Assembly (NCBI RefSeq): GCF_006345805.1
Contig: NC_043006.1
Span: 51,212,001 to 51,276,000 of the forward strand
DNA length: 64,000 nucleotides
From: Octopus sinensis
Lineage: Eukaryota
Direction: 5' to 3'
A model generated the notes under the pieces. It did no database searches, was not told where the DNA came from, and was given only the letters and a program-made list of their open reading frames with translations. Position 1 is the first letter of the stretch. Every line of letters starts with the position of its first letter. Positions 1-11,853 of the stretch are shown piece by piece. A program made the translations under genes and the position numbers.

Positions 1-1697
1 TGATCCCCGTTTCGTGTATAAATGACTGTACCTGAGTTCCTGAAGTAGAAGCAAGCTTGTTTTTGCGACGACCTCAGGTCTCATAGCATAGATGTGATTG
101 TTGCTACAGAGATCAAGCTGGACAGACTACAAACCTTCTCGGCTCTCCTGAATGGCTATGAGAAAATCATGTCTCCTAACTAGACCGGAGGTCGAGGAGG
201 GTAGTAGTTTTGCTCCGTAAAAGCTTGGCTCTGCAGGCAAGTACAATCTTTGTAGACCCAGAAGATGGGCTGGTCGTTCTGGAGTAATGGCGACAAGTCG
301 TTCAGGTCTTATATAGATAGAATAATAATTCGTACTCGAGATAAGTCTAGTTTTAGTTGTCCACAGCTTGTTCTGGTCTCCTACACGGATCACAGGCCAG
401 TGACGTGTAGGATGAACATAGATAGAGTACATAGACAGGGATCTGGCTACTAGAAGCTAAACATGACTATTTTGTCTTGTGAGGCATACCGTAGTCAGAT
501 TAAGGAGTTAGTCATGAGAGCATTAACCGGCAACGTGTTAAATAACAGGTGGTGGTTTACCCTCAAACGAGCCATTCGACTTGAGTCGATTAGATTTAGC
601 CAGTAGCTAAGTTTAGATAAGGCTAGAATAGAAGGGAATCTAGTCAAGGATTTAGAAGAGGCATTAAGGATGGGCTCTGCATCCCAAGTTTTGACAGCAA
701 GATCGGCCTTGGACCGACACCTCAAAGCCAAACACGAGGGATGTAGAGTCCGGACTAAAGTGCGTACATTGGGCTGCGAGGAAATTACTGTTGCAATGAT
801 GCCACACTTGGGTCTTTGGTCGATGGACAGGAGCGTTTGATCGAAGGACAAGATGAGATGTGTAAGATCCTTTACAAGCACTTTGCCGAGTAAGGGAGGA
901 GTGAGGCGCTGGACCATGGTGAGCCCCTTCGGGACTTCCTGGCTGGTGGCCCGCGTCTCTCGGTACGAGAGGTTGAGTGCTGTGAAGGATCGATCACGGC
1001 TAAGGTCATAGAGGGACTGTCGCCGGGACTTGATGGTCTACGCTAAGAGTTTTTCAAAAGTATGCCAGATTTGTTCGGGCACCTACTGGCCAGCGTCTAT
1101 ACCAACTGGCAGCAGAATGGGAGAATTCCAAAGGCTGCGAGCCGGAATGGGGGGTGGGGGTGACGCTGATCAGAAAGAATCCAAGCAAGAGGGACATTAT
1201 TAGTAACTTTAGGCCCATAACTGTTAAACACATAGGTAAAGATTTTGGCCAATGTGCTGGCAAAGAGGTAAGCGCGGGTCGTAGGCAGTCTTGTTGGGGA
1301 AGCGCTAACATGGGCCATCCCTGGCAGGGCGATATACGACAATCTCCACCTCATGTGCTACACCTTAGAGCGGGTGGGTAAAATTTCTGTCGCGTAGTAC
1401 GATTGGTAGATGAACGAACGTAGTAAGAAAGTTGCGAATGAATGGAAATGACTAATTGCAGCCATCCAAGGGGGGATACGTCGGATAATAGCGGTGGGTG
1501 AATTAACCCGGTGATGTAAAAAAATGTATAAAATATGGAATTTTTAATTATTATCTCGCTTTCTGTAAGAATTCAAAAATTTTCCTTCATTTCATTACAT
1601 TTGTCATTTCATTATAATCACAGTGTGTGTGTGTTCGCTTGTCTGTCCTTGTGACGTCTCTCCTGTGTTGGGCCCTGTGTGGCCAATAAAAGAAATT
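1..1697 (+). mobile_element. Degenerate, internally deleted Tx1/L1-clade LINE (ORF2 endonuclease, linker and RT N-terminus, then ORF2 C-terminus and 3' tail)
   Basis: Manual translation across stops/frameshifts gives DVIVATE (APE endonuclease), GY*KLN, SPGLDGL, NFRPIT..KILANVLAKR and IPGRAIYDNLHL (L1/Tx1 RT motifs). It jumps to a C-terminal-like segment at ~1384 and ends in the tail ...GGCCCTGTGTGGCCAATAAAAGAAATT (~1670-1697). Confidence 0.85.
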
Positions 1698-1815
1698 GAG
1701 TGTTTTGGTAGTCATGCGAAGTACGTCATACGAACACATTGATTTAACCACCGCATCGTTAAATTATATATCTAACGTGTATCCCAAGGATATAAAAGCC
1801 TGCAAAGAAGGAAAT

Positions 1816-2254
1816 TATTGGTTTCAAATTTTGGCACAGGTCCAGCAGTTTTGGTGTAAGGGCTAAGTCGATTACATCGACAATAGTATTCAACTGGTAC
1901 TTACTTTATCGACTCCAGAAGGATGAGAGGCAAAGTCGACCTCGGCAAAATTTGATCCCAGAACTAAAGACGAACGAAATGCGGCTAAGCCTTTTCCGTG
2001 CTAACGATTCTGCCAGCTTGCTGCTTCACAATATTGGTTTCAAATTCTGGCACAAGGCCAGCAATTTCAGGGAACAGGATTAATCGATTACATTGACCCC
2101 AGTGCTCATTTGGTACTTATTTCATCGACCTCGAAAAATGTGAAAGGCTAAGTCGACCTCGGCCAAATTTGATCCCAGAACGTAGACGGACGAAATGCGG
2201 CTAAGCATTCTGCCCGGTGTGCCGCGTGCTAACGGTTCTGCCAGCTCGCTGCCA
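1816..2254 (-). mobile_element. Two tandem copies of tRNA-derived SINE family A
   Basis: Both carry the reverse complement of the recurring core TTCTGxGxTCAAATTxxGCCGAGGTCGACTT.GCCT and the tail GGCCTTGTGCCAAAATTTGAAACC. Confidence 0.85.
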
Positions 2255-2283
2255 TGCAGTATTTGTAATTTTGCAATGAGTTT

Positions 2284-2615
2284 AAGGCGGCGAGCTGGCA
2301 GAAACGTTAGTACGCCGAGTGAAATGCTTAACGGTCTTTCGTCCGCCGCTACGTTCTGAGTTCAAATTCCACCGAAGTCGACTTTGCCTTTCATCCTTTC
2401 GGGGTCGATTAAATGAGTACCAGTTACGCACTGGGGTCGATATAATCGACTTAATCTGTTTGTTTGTCCTTGTTCGTCTCCTCTGTGTTTAGCCCCTTGT
2501 GGGTAGTAAAGAAATAGGTCTTTCGCCTGTCTTTACGTTCTGAGCTCAAATTCCACCGGGAGTCGATAATTTAAGTACCAGTTGCGTACTGGGGTCGATC
2601 TAATCGATTGGCTCC
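2284..2615 (+). mobile_element. Composite SINE: family A copy interrupted by a Tx1-tailed SINE
   Basis: Head AAGGCGGCGAGCTGGCAGAAACG; insert 2342-2516 ends AAAGAAATA and is flanked by a 9-bp duplication GGTCTTTCG (2333-2341, 2517-2525). Confidence 0.85.
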
Positions 2616-2769
2616 AAGCAATGGCCGTAACATCCATTTGACGTACTTTCGGTTTGGAAAAGTGTTTTGGTGTTTCGCCTCAGTTCATCTTACTGCTCGG
2701 AATGTCGTAGTTTGTCGAAGAGAATCCATTTTCAGTCAAAGGCTACAAAAAAAAATGATATCATATAAT

Positions 2770-3048
2770 TGGAGGAACATGGCTTAGTGGTTAGAGAAGT
2801 GGACTCGCGGTCGAGGAATCGCGGGTTCGAATCTCAGACCGGGCGACGTGTGTTTATGCGCGAAACACCTAAGCTCCACACGGCTCCGGCAGAGGGTAAT
2901 GGCAGACTTCTGCTGACTCTTTCGCCACAACTTTCTCACACTCTTTCCTCCTGCATCAAGGAGCTCACCTGCGACAGATCGGCGTTCCGTCCAGGTGGGG
3001 AACCTATACGCCAATGAAACCGAGAAACCGGCCCTTATGAGCCAGGCA
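2770..3048 (+). mobile_element. tRNA-derived SINE (family B variant)
   Basis: A box TGGCTTAGTGG, B box GGTTCGAATCT, and 3' part GAAACCG.GAAACCGG.CC.ATGAGCC shared with copies at 50514 and 57548. Confidence 0.8.
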
Positions 3049-3252
3049 TATAAAACAAGCATATAAAATATAGCAAAACAACTCTTAATCGATGGTTGCT
3101 CATTCATGCAACGAACTTCTTTTTCCTTAACTGCAATACTCTGAAGATGGCTACAAGTGTGGCTGAAAACAAGGAGCTGACTTTTTAACCCGTACTTGGT
3201 GTGACAAAACTATAATTTAATAATTTAGTCTAAATACTGCATTCCTTCAATT

Positions 3253-3315
<63 letters not shown>

Positions 3316-3684
3316 TATATAATGACCAATAAAACTGTGTACTTATCTTAAAATCTAGAAAAAAAAAATCTGCATCCTATACAGATTTCTAAAAATCGTA
3401 TTCCACTCCCCCTACAGCAGCAATGCCTGCTGTTAAATTAAAAAAAGCGATTCCTGAACGCGATCACTTGACTGATAGAATGAGTAGCCATATCTTTCTC
3501 TCAAATCACATCCTACAGTATTGAAAGCAAGGCTACATTAAACTATGTAGTCTTCAAAGATTACACCATCTGGGTGGGAAATGGAATCTTCATCGCTGAT
3601 AGGCCTGATACTAGGCCATGGTTGACTTAAACACGTGGATGTGCATAGTATGATTTTCTACAGGGTGAAGAAGAAGGAACGATA

Positions 3685-4140
3685 TTAAATTGATGCAGAA
3701 AATATTTCTGTGGTTTTCTTTTTTTTTAATAAATTTTAAACTTGAATGCTTATTTTAGAATAAATTTTTGTGTATGTTATACACCATTTCGAAATGCAAA
3801 TTTATCTATTGTTTTATGTCAGATTAAAGCTGAATAAAAAGCAAATTCGAGCTATATTTTTATACGAGATCAAAATAGGCTTCAAAATGGCAGAAACTAT
3901 TGACAATATCAACCGAATATTTGGCCAGGGGACCGACGACAAACGTCCAGCTCAACATTGATTCCGAAGATTTCGTAGAGGAGATGAGAGCTTTGAAGAG
4001 GAGGAGGGTTGCCATTCACAACGACCAATTGAGGTACATTATTGAAGTAGATCCGCACAAAACGACTCGGAAAATTGCAGAACAACTAAACCTTAACCAT
4101 TCAACAGTTGTTCGACATTTGCACCACATTTGAAAGCCAA
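3685..4140 (+). mobile_element. Mariner 5' fragment (Hsmar1/cecropia-like transposase N-terminus)
   Basis: TA followed by TIR-like TTAAATTGATGCAGAAAATATTTCTGTGGTTTT; translation KKQIRAIFLYE...NDQLRYIIEVDPHKTTRKIAEQLNLNHSTVVRHL with a stop and frameshift. Confidence 0.85.
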
Positions 4141-4931
4141 ATAAAGAAAAGATTCGACAAAAGGATGCCGCTAGAGCTACAAAACAATAGCCCAATGAAT
4201 CACACCGCCCATAGGGTTGTCGGATTAGGACTTTCAGCAAAACAACAATTTCATCCATCTGTAGCCCAATATAATGAGAAAATTCTCGAAGATCGTGTTA
4301 ATCATCACCGCACGAAAAGGACACATTTTATTTCTGGTGAAAATCTTCAGTTTTGTTAAAAATACAATATAACTCCATCGTCACACATGACCAATTTCAT
4401 CGTTAACTTATCATTTTTTGTTGGGGAGATCAAGATCCAAGATGTATGAGAGAGCCTATTGTTGTAGTTACACGTTTTGATCTAGAAGATTTGGTAAGTA
4501 GTCACCCTCAATGTTACAAGTTTGGCCACAACGATGATGACACCCACCTCATGGATGTGTATGGAAATGGGTTTAAAGTTGCTGATAATTTCTAGTTGGT
4601 CTGGGAATGTCGACTCACCATGAATTGTTGCAAATCTAAAGCCCATTCAAATTGATTATATGAATGTGCAAACAAACGTGTAACCTAAAATTAAACTTTT
4701 CCTCTTACATTTTTTAAGAAATATTTTCTGAGAAAACTGATTTTTCAGAATACTTTACTTAATTTGCATCAATGCTTGAAATGAACTATTTTTCTCATCA
4801 ATAACCTTTTCCAATGTCTACTGCAGTGCTTGGAGTTTTTAATATTTTTGATAAGATTCAGAAAAAGTCCTAGGCAAAATTTCCGTTACCACCTTGGTGC
4901 AAAACTATGATCTACAACTTCATTTTTGTAT

Positions 4932-5147
4932 ATTGGTTTCAAATTTTGGCACTTGGCCAAAAATTTCAGGGGACCAAGTCGATTACATTGATCCCATTGT
5001 TAAACTGGTACTTATTTTATCGACCTTTAAAGGATGAAAGGTAAAGTCGACCCCGGCGACTTTTGAACCCAGAACTTGAAGACGGATGGAATGCCGCTAA
5101 GCATTTTACTTGGCGTGCTAACGGTTTTGCCAGCTCGCCGCCTTAAA
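4932..5147 (-). mobile_element. SINE family A copy
   Basis: Same head, core and tail as the 1816-2254 copies. Confidence 0.8.
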
Positions 5148-6902
5148 TTCACTTTCATATATTATGATGCCAGGCGGGCAAACTGGCAGAATAAAGAACG
5201 CGTGGTACAAAATGCTTTGCAGTATTTTTCTGGCTCTTTTATGTTCTGTGTTTATGTTCTGCCTCGGTCAACTTTGCCTTTGTTCCTTTCGAGGTTGATA
5301 GAATAAAGTACTAGGCTCGATGTAATCGACAAATTACTGACCATGAGACAAAATGTGAATGTTTGCAGAATAAAACCAGGGTTATCGTCTCGACTTAACA
5401 GCCCTCGCCGTTTGTTTTTACTGTTTTGTTCTCACTGTCCTGTTCTTGTTACCACTTTCACCCTCCGCAAAAAAAACCCAAATTTTATTTAGTTTGCTTT
5501 GCGGGAAGGACTGTTTCAATTAAGTTGCGTCTTGTCCTTGCTTTCTAAACGTGGAGAAGATGAAACAGGGACAACTGAAGAAGGGGAATATTCTTTATGT
5601 TGTATGTCTCATTTCTCGGGGGGGTGGGGGGTGGTCTCGTTGTTCGAAAAAAAGTTCGTTTCTATGTTTTTGTTTCTCATTGTGTTCAACGTTTTTTTTT
5701 TATGTCCTGTACCCATATATGCATATGTATATATACATATATGTATGTATATATGCATATATTTATATATTATTTATATTATTTTAAAATAACTTAGTTT
5801 TCCTTACAGAGAAGAAAAACATGTCAGAAGATTTAACTAGGTGAAATTAAAGAAAAGATAAGCAATGCCATAAAAAGTCAGTTATTTTGGTGGCTGTTGC
5901 TGTTTACCCCTAACCAACAACGTTCCAGTCAACCTTAAACCACCCAGCCCTTTATTTGTCCTGTAATCCAGCGCATAATCCACTGGGTGTGATTTGGGGG
6001 AAGTTTAGCTGTTATTTCTAGTAGGTAGAACTACTGCGCAGGAGAGTATCCAGCTGTAAAAATAATATGAATTCTGGAATGTTTATATTTCCTCGTTATG
6101 ATCCGATTCAAAATCTCGAATTAGATAGAATGTCGATAACATTCGCGGGAATTCTCCCTTTGCCTCTTCTCTCTATTTGTGCGTGCTAAGATCAATCAAC
6201 TTTATTGAACATGATCAAATCAATTATAGTTATCCAGGAACTAAATTTGTGTTCGTTTTTAAATAACTTCGTCAAACTAAATTTGTGTTCGTTTATAAAT
6301 GACTTCGTCAAATGAATCTTAAACAACCTAACCCACTTTGCTATAAATAGTTACAGCTAAAGTGTAGATAATCGTTGTTGGTCGCAGCAGCACTGTGAAA
6401 TTGATGAGTGTCTCTATATTGAGCTCAAGCTAAACAGGCTCTAAGATACATGCTGAGCAGGCTGTCTTCAGTGGTGCTTCAATGACACTTCATGTGAAAA
6501 ATAGCAGCATTTCTTTTAAAATTACTCCTACTTTCGAAGGATGGGAACTCAGATAGGATGGTCGTGGTTAGAATGATAGTCTAAACAGCAACAGCTTTTT
6601 TTACATTCATTTTATCTTATTTTTTCAACTTAGATATTCATGTTAATCAAGATAAGATGCGGGTAAGAAGTGGCTGGTGGTAGTGGTGGTGGCGGAGGGA
6701 CAAGTACTTGAAAAGCAAGCGAGAGTAAGAGATAAGTGTAAAAAATATTGAAGCGGAAGAAGGTAAGCCTATGAAGAATCGTAGGTAATGGAGGTGGGTG
6801 AGGTAATAATTAGGAGATGCTGGCGGAGCGGTCGGCTTGGTTGGGAGGGGGTTGGTTTCGAACATATCGTGGACGAATGAGAAAGTATGGGTGAAATATA
6901 AT

Positions 6903-7060
6903 ATTGGCTGAGTTTTAAGCAAGATTTGCCTACAAATAAATCAGAGGAAATGGGAGAGAGAGAATTTCATAAAGCGGTACAAGAGAAGGGGAGATATGTA
7001 GGAGAGAAGAGGGGAAAACTCCTCCACTATAAAACGGAGTGTTTTCGGCACCAGCAGTTA
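6903..7060 (+). promoter_or_regulatory. Core promoter of alpha-tubulin A
   Basis: Reverse CCAAT (ATTGG 6903-6907), GA-rich tract, TATAAAA at 7028-7034 and Inr-like CAGTT at 7055-7059, 28 nt after the TATA start; followed by a ~145-nt leader and ATG|GTAAGT. Confidence 0.7.
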
Positions 7061-7200
7061 CAAGCAGCTTCGCCCTCACGAAAGATACCTCATATCTGTG
7101 TGAGCGCCGCCTGCCGTGCTATTTTCCCACACAAAAAAAGAAAAAAATCTCTTCAAATTTCTTTTACTTTTTGTTCAACTGAAAACACATCAGATCCATT

Positions 7201-7203
7201 ATG
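7201..7203 (+). CDS. TUBA: Alpha-tubulin A, coding exon 1 (initiator ATG only); intron 1 = 7204..16206
   Basis: GATCCATT-ATG|GTAAGT behind a TATA/Inr. Exon 2 begins at Arg2 with no ATG, so an upstream ATG in phase 0 is required. The leader is homologous to the TUBA-B first exons. Confidence 0.8.
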
Positions 7204-10200
7204 GTAAGTTAATTATGTAACAATTAAGTAACAATGTATGACAATTTATTATGCAACAATTACTACTTTTAATTTCTTCATTAGTTTTGACACTTTTGAA
7301 ATGTTGAACTTAAATCTCAAACGATGCTGCTAATCTTTACTTCTCGTCTCTGCAATGGTTATAGTCAATACGATTTATTGACAGTAATCGCTTTAATGCA
7401 GACACTTATCCCAAAGGTTACCGATTTGTTTCACCCTCCCTCACCCCAAATATTACGATTGTGTACTACCGAAATATATTGAGCTCCGAATATTTAATTA
7501 CGTTGTGTGTTCCCCCAGATTTTTTTTTTTTTTGTGTGTGTATCACTGAAATTGATAAAATAAGTGCCAGGTAACGTATTGGTATCGATTTAAGCGATCA
7601 TATCCTCCCTCCCAGTTTGCAAAATTGTGAATTTGTGATAAAGTTTAAAATTTCGTCTGTATTGTGTCGAAAATCCCAATTGGTATATTAACTTTACTAG
7701 TCCTTATGAATAGACTGAAAAATTATTTTATTGTTCAAAAAAAAAAAACATTTCTTCAAATGAAACATCGCAGTTTATAATCAATCAAAAAAGAAAGAAA
7801 AAAAATTTGGAGTTTTATTTGCTTACCTTTTCCGTAATTTTTCAGTTTAATTTTCTTCCAGAAACTTTTTTCAGATTTGTGCTAAGAAGTTATGCAGTTT
7901 CTAAAAAAATATTATCGCAACCGTTAAAAACATAGATCTTGAAAGAAAAAAAAAATCAAATTAGGCTTGAAAAATTACAGAACGGTGGTGGGATTTTTTT
8001 TTTCTAATCGAAATTAACGATGCTTAAAGCATACACATCCGAAGAAATTACGGCTTTTGTCTCACGAAATAATTTGCGATTTTATAAGGAATTCTAGTTA
8101 CCGTTAATGGCTTCGTTATATGGCTTTAGTATAAATAACTACCCTCTTTATATTTCTCTTTTTCACTTGTCGATGTGATGCCAAACGTGCCTATCTAGTC
8201 AATTCAATTGAGGCCTATAGACAAGAGAAATCAGCTGTTTAATCCCAGATAATCCCCGATAGCAGATGTATTTCAGAAGGTTTTTTAGCTGTAACCTCTG
8301 TGTTTTTCCAAAAGTAAAATACGATGATTTTGAAGCAGACATTGGTGCGACTGAAAAGTGTAGCATAGTTCATTAATGAACTTGCACTGCAAAACTATAT
8401 TCAAATTATTGTTGACTAACAAAAAAAAAAAACATTTTTAAAGTGATTTGGCTGCTATTTCTAGCTAGATGAAAGAGCACGTAGAGGGGCTCCATACCAG
8501 CAATGTTCTGGATCAATGTGGATTTACAATCTAGAGCATCCTGCTTTTTCAGCGCATCTAGTGTGTGTCCCTATTTATTTTAAGACGATAGAATGTAGTT
8601 TGATTAAAATTTGGTTGAGGAGTCGTGTTAATTCATTATTTTACTTCACTGGTGTACTGTAAAGACGTTGCGAGCGAAATGTGTCAACCGTCGCAGGCAC
8701 TGCGTATTTTAGTAGTATACGTTATGAATCTCTGAATTTTCAATACAGTTGGGTTTAATTGACTGCTATTTCTGGCAGGTTGAGCGACGAGCTAGCCTTC
8801 AAAATCAGTTAGGAATGGCGATATAATCTGTCTAGTAGTAATAGTGATTATTCATCGTTAGGGATTCTATACATTTATTGATGAGTAATAAGTTCATCCT
8901 TCTCTGTCACCTATCCTCTACTTTTTGGTAATTTTGAGGAAAAGAATCTTTATATTCAAAGCTAAGTCCAAGATTTTTTTTCTTTTAAGATAAGAAATTC
9001 TTATCGAGCTAACGAGGCGTTCATAATGAAGCCACTCGACTTGCTAGAAACAACAGCCTAATCTACCTCGTATTACACCTACCCTCTTAGTAAAGAAAAA
9101 ATTTTTGATGGTTGTGGCTGAAATACAATAATCAAAGGCCTGGGCGATCACAGTTAACTTGCTTAAAATTCTGAACTTCCCTAACAAGTCTGGAATAAAT
9201 TTTTGTCTTTTGAAATCAATTTCTTCGTACGTTATGCAAAATAAAATTTCCACAAAAGTGATTCTATCATGACCAAAATACTTTATTCTTACTGGATTCA
9301 TAAAATTTTAGATCATTGGTGCAAATGCATATATTGTAGTTCGGGCCCACTCCAGAACTGATCGAACAGACTTATGATCAAGTAATTCCAACCATGCCCG
9401 TCTTGATGTATATGTGTTATATTGTTCAGTATATCTTTCCTTCGATTTTAAAGAAGGTAGGGTGAGGGTGTGATTTTAGGGAGATTTGATTGCTATTTTC
9501 TAACAGTTCGAATGAGAGTGTAAAAGATACGTCACCCAAGTGTTTACGTGGAGAAATATACATTTTCAAAACAGGATCGGTTAAAAAGTTGCGGCAAGAG
9601 GAACAGGCAAAGAAAAAAAAAAAAAGAAAAAACTTGTGACTGATTATTAAAAGAGATGTTAGTAAAAGAAACCAAGGCAATTAACTAGTCTTGTCGGATA
9701 TGACAAATAAAGATATTTAAACATTTGGTAAATTTTCAGATTAACACCCGCACGATTTTCACAAAAAAAAAAAAAAAAATACTCAGAGTTAATCTGAAAA
9801 TTTATCTTTTCTCCATCAAATTCTATTTTATAGCCATCTGTTTTATTGCATTCTTTTCTCTTATTTCCTACCTGAAAACTAAACTTTAAATACTTTTATC
9901 ATTTAAGAAACGGAATAAAAAAAACTAGGAGCGGTGACAACTAAGTGTCTGTTTTAACAAAGACAAATCAAATCAAAATAGATTTATCTAAATTCGTTGT
10001 TTAGAGTAAGGTCAAGGCACACCTACATCACATTCCCACATTGTGAATATTCTTTGTGTGGCTGTATGAGTCATGTATATTCTCGTGTGTGTATGATGAA
10101 TGTGTTAGGGTTTTGCTTGGTGCGTGTAATGAATGAAAATCTGTTGTAGTCTTTAATGTATAGCTCTGCAAGCATTATTGAAAATACGTGGATTATTATT

Positions 10201-10766
10201 TATTCATACGTATAGATATGTACACAATGTCAGTCTGTACAAAAGGGTGTGTTCTGTTGTATATTACAAACACGCATATTTAGGAATGTGTATGAAATAT
10301 GACGAATAGGATTTATGAACACGTTAAACGTAACTATTACTAACATTTAATCTGATACTGCTAAAAAATAAATAAATAAAATACATAAAGACCCAGCGAC
10401 GGAACTAATATATGTCTATGTCTACTTCTCGTATCAAATTTTGTTTTTAAGCCAATTATGTTACATATATCGTATTGATGGTGGATTTTCTACTATAAGT
10501 GTGTTGAGCAGGATATATCGTTTGACAAGCAACCGGTTATATCTGGAATAGAACGTCATAGGAATCTAAAAGGAAATAGGAATTACAACTTATAAACGAG
10601 TGCGTAGTCACAAACAGCTGTGAAAGCTGTTTATATATATATATGTGTGTGTGTGTATATGTATAGATAGATAGATAATATCTTGCCGTTTGTTTCCGTT
10701 TAGAATCTAAACTTCATATAACATACAATCCTCAGATATGACCGGTTGCCTGTCTTATGATATATT

Positions 10767-10812
<46 letters not shown>

Positions 10813-11634
10813 GAAAAACTCTTATCATTTTGATAGAATTAGATGGATGGGTGCGGCTGTTGAAATTAAATACAATGACTGATGATGATGTGTGTGTGTA
10901 TGGGTTATAGTACGTGTATAAACTTTCACGCAAAAACAGCCATTTCTAAAGAACGATTTTACAAACGAAACTAGTAGTTACAAATGTTCATTTCAACGAG
11001 GCAGTTTTTTTTTTTGGTACTCCATTTTGTTTTTTGAAAAATGATTTTCGTAATTTTATCTTTTGATAATTTCGAATTTTGTATTTGTCAAGTGCATGTA
11101 TTTGTACAAAAGTGTATTCGGTTTCATTAGCTAAATGGATCTACACTCAAATGACTCACACATTTTTATTCTGGTGTATGAATGAGTGTGTGAGTCATCA
11201 TAAAGGCGGTGGAATTAGCAGTTGTTAGATCATCGGATCGGAAACAAAAGCATTGCAGTTCTTGCTTTGCTTCTCTGCTCTCTTAAGTTTAAAATCCCGT
11301 CGGAGTCGATTTTGCCTTTAATCATTACGTAATAAAGTAGCGATACTGAGTGTTCACCCCCCCCCCTCATTGTACATGGAATTCGAAGGTTCAGCCGTGT
11401 CACTTCGTCATACCACTTCGGCCTGAAAATTACATTATAGTACATACATTTCTCGTAGAAACCGACAGAGATTCCACTTCCACGTATGAGTCATTCGTAT
11501 CCAATATGTATTCCTCGTTGTTTAGTCTCAGATTAAATCTTCATCAAATTTTTATGTAATTTGCCTTAATTTTAATTTTTTTTTTTACTAATTATTTTTG
11601 TTCTTGTTGCCACGTGATTAATATCAAGTAATCT

Positions 11635-11853
11635 AAGGCGGTGCGCTGGCAGAACCGTTAGCAGGCCGGGCAAAATGAATATTCGCATTTTCGTCTGCTT
11701 TTATGTTCTGAGTTCAAGTTCTGCAGAGGTTGACGTTGCCTTTCATCCTTTCGGGATCGATAAAATAAAGTACCAGACGAATACTGGAGTCGGTGTAATA
11801 TACTTATTCCACCACCCCAAATTGCTGGCCTTGTGCCAAAATCTGAAACTAAT
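11635..11853 (+). mobile_element. SINE family A copy
   Basis: AAGGCGGTGCGCTGGCAGAACCG head, core and GGCCTTGTGCCAAAATCTGAAAC tail. Confidence 0.8.

Noticed and set aside
2775-2840. tRNA genes at the A/B-box heads (also 50514, 52642, 57548)
   Set aside because: No complete cloverleaf; each continues into a shared SINE body and tail.
3141-3180. Hammerhead-like CTGAAGA-T-stem-GAAA
   Set aside because: Stem II forms, but I could not build stems I/III or a NUH triplet; at most a decayed relic.
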